A DNA stretch of 64,000 nucleotides, from positions 62,001-126,000 of the forward strand of contig JAPDFW010000107.1 of assembly GCA_028826165.1 (NCBI GenBank). The letters are read 5' to 3'. The notes below the pieces were generated by a model. The model was not told the DNA's origin. It made no database searches and saw only the letters and a list, made by a program, of their open reading frames with translations. Source of the DNA: Anaeramoeba ignava BMAN (lineage: Eukaryota > Protista > Anaeramoebae). Of the stretch, positions 62,401 to 64,000 are shown piece by piece (position 1 is the first letter of the stretch; every line of letters begins with the position of its first letter). The translations under genes were made by a program, and so were the position numbers.

Positions 62401-64000
62401 AGAGCAAAGATTCTTCTCTGATTTCCAAAATATCAGGAAAAGTGAATGTGAAAATGTGCTTCTCCTGCTCGTTTGTGAAAATTTTGGAGATGAAATTGAA
62501 GAAGAAAATATCCATTTTTTTATGATATTTCAATTTGTCTTGGAAAGATGTTGATTTGGAAACAAGCAGATCAAAGTATTTGTTGAAATCATCATTTATA
62601 TCATCAATAATTTCGAAATTGGTCTCAAACTTGATAATTTTGTCAAATACCGTTTTGAACCAAGACAAAATATACTTTTGATCGTAATTTGGTATTTCAT
62701 TCGGTTCATTTTTGGCAACATTTCCATTCCCATTTTCTGAATTATCCAAAATACTTTCACTGCTTTTGCTGAAGGAATCCAAACCATCTTTGTGGTGATT
62801 TCGCAAAGAATGAGGAGTGTGTTTATCAGTATTTGAAGATGTTGTTTTATCTGCATTCTTTTCATCCCCGAAAAAGGAAGCAAAAATTTTTCTGTATTCT
62901 GTTTTTAGAGACGAATGATCAACAAAAGTTGGTTTATGGAAAAGATCAAACCACAAATGATTCGATTTCTTGTCGAAAAGTTCAGTTGTAACGAAAGATA
63001 TCAATTTTGAGAAAAAATACTGATCGTGCATTTCCTTATTTTTTGTGTGTGCTTGAGAGAAAAGAGTTTGGACATCTTTCTGGATCCAGTATTTCATTGA
63101 AGAAAAAAGCATTCCAAAATCTGATTTGAGATTCTTTGAAAGCTCATCGAGTCGGAAAGTAAGCTCGTCAAATAAATTGTGTTTCGTATCTGGATAGAGA
63201 ATTAGTAATTCCAATCCAAATAATCCATTTTTCGAGGCCAATTTCCTTCTTTGATCAGGAAGATATGCTGATATTTTCATTTGATTCGCTATCCAAAGTG
63301 CTATCACTATTTTTTGAGTTTTGGATCATCTGGTAAAAGGATTGTGAATCAACACTTTCGAAATACAAGGCAAAGAAAACTTGCCAGATCAAAGAAGAAA
63401 GAGGATGGTTGTATTTGTGGAAACGCAGAAAATCAACCCACCAAAATACATGATTCAAATGAGGATAAATTAATTTTGATTTGATAAATTTGGCAATTTC
63501 TTTTGGCTTTTTTTCGAGAATCTGTTTTCCAATAATCTTTCTGTTTTGGAGTTCATGTTTGGTCTCTGCCATTAATATTGTAAATAGAATGTATGGTGAA
63601 TTGTGAATAAGCTTAAGACGGTCTTTTTGATTCCAATTTTTACGAACAAAAAACGGATAACAACCAATAATTCCAAAAGGGTTTTGGGGAGTGTTATTAA
63701 GTGAATGATCTTTGAGTTTCTGGATAAAGAACATTTCAATTAGTTGATAGCAATCAAATACAAATGATATTCTCGCTAATTTATTTAGGCAATGAACGAT
63801 GATTGGGTTTCGGCTCCAATCTTGGAAGGAGGTAAATAACGACAGCCAAAACAAAATGATTTTATTAAACTCTGTCGAGCAATTAATTGCATAAGTGTTT
63901 TGGTTGGTGATTGGTTGATTTTCTTTTGGTTGTGAATTGGGTTCAATCGATGAATCCAACATTGTGTAAATAAAATCGCTGATGAATAACTCGGCAGGAA
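59492..64000 (-). CDS. EPG5: EPG5-like autophagy tethering protein, 3' part (5' end outside the window), split over five overlapping frames
   Basis: HPLSSLIWQVFFALYF, QFPNFYVNLLR, FESFQLFS and FDWKVYL recall EPG5 blocks in the expected order (from memory); four +1 frame changes. Confidence 0.68.

Noticed and set aside
59949-63257. TGA reassigned as a sense codon
   Set aside because: Continuation is in the +1 frame rather than in frame, and several genes end normally in TGA (9031, 24341, 38753, 54751, 55901)
159-63484. Short overlapping or antisense ORFs in the track (for example 159-419, 9587-9859, 25098-25565, 54673-54927)
   Set aside because: Shadow frames of real genes, many with non-ATG starts and no recognisable motifs
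1-64000. tRNA, rRNA or snRNA genes
   Set aside because: No GC-rich structured non-coding segment or A/B-box pattern seen; small AT-rich ncRNAs cannot be excluded by eye

Overview
Very AT-rich, gene-dense nuclear DNA of a microbial eukaryote with GT-AG introns. The poly-NQ inserts, ankyrin-BTB gene and prokaryote-like genes suggest an anaerobic protist such as Anaeramoeba; this is inference only. Contents: three tandem S10 serine carboxypeptidases, SET-domain, ricin-B, prokaryote-type MBL-fold hydrolase, CC1-box coiled-coil protein, URB1, a Gemin4-like protein, an ankyrin protein with a duplicated receiver-like domain, FAM91A1, RGS-DH-PH-MORN protein, COPA, NIP7, a 12-copy array of small three-exon GFRP-fold-like genes missed by the ORF track, a myristoylated PAS-GAF protein, HGH1, an ankyrin-BTB gene and the 3' part of an EPG5-like gene. 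Top finding: the ankyrin-BTB gene builds each 33-aa repeat from a 96-nt exon plus a separate 3-nt single-codon exon (AG|NNN|GT), four times in a row. A frame-essential 4-nt microexon also occurs in the carboxypeptidases. Also notable: the diversifying small-gene array, clustered +1 frameshifts (assembly error or recoding), a shared tandem (T)nCAT core-promoter motif, and introns inflated by locus-specific simple repeats. All homology calls are from motif recognition, not database searches.
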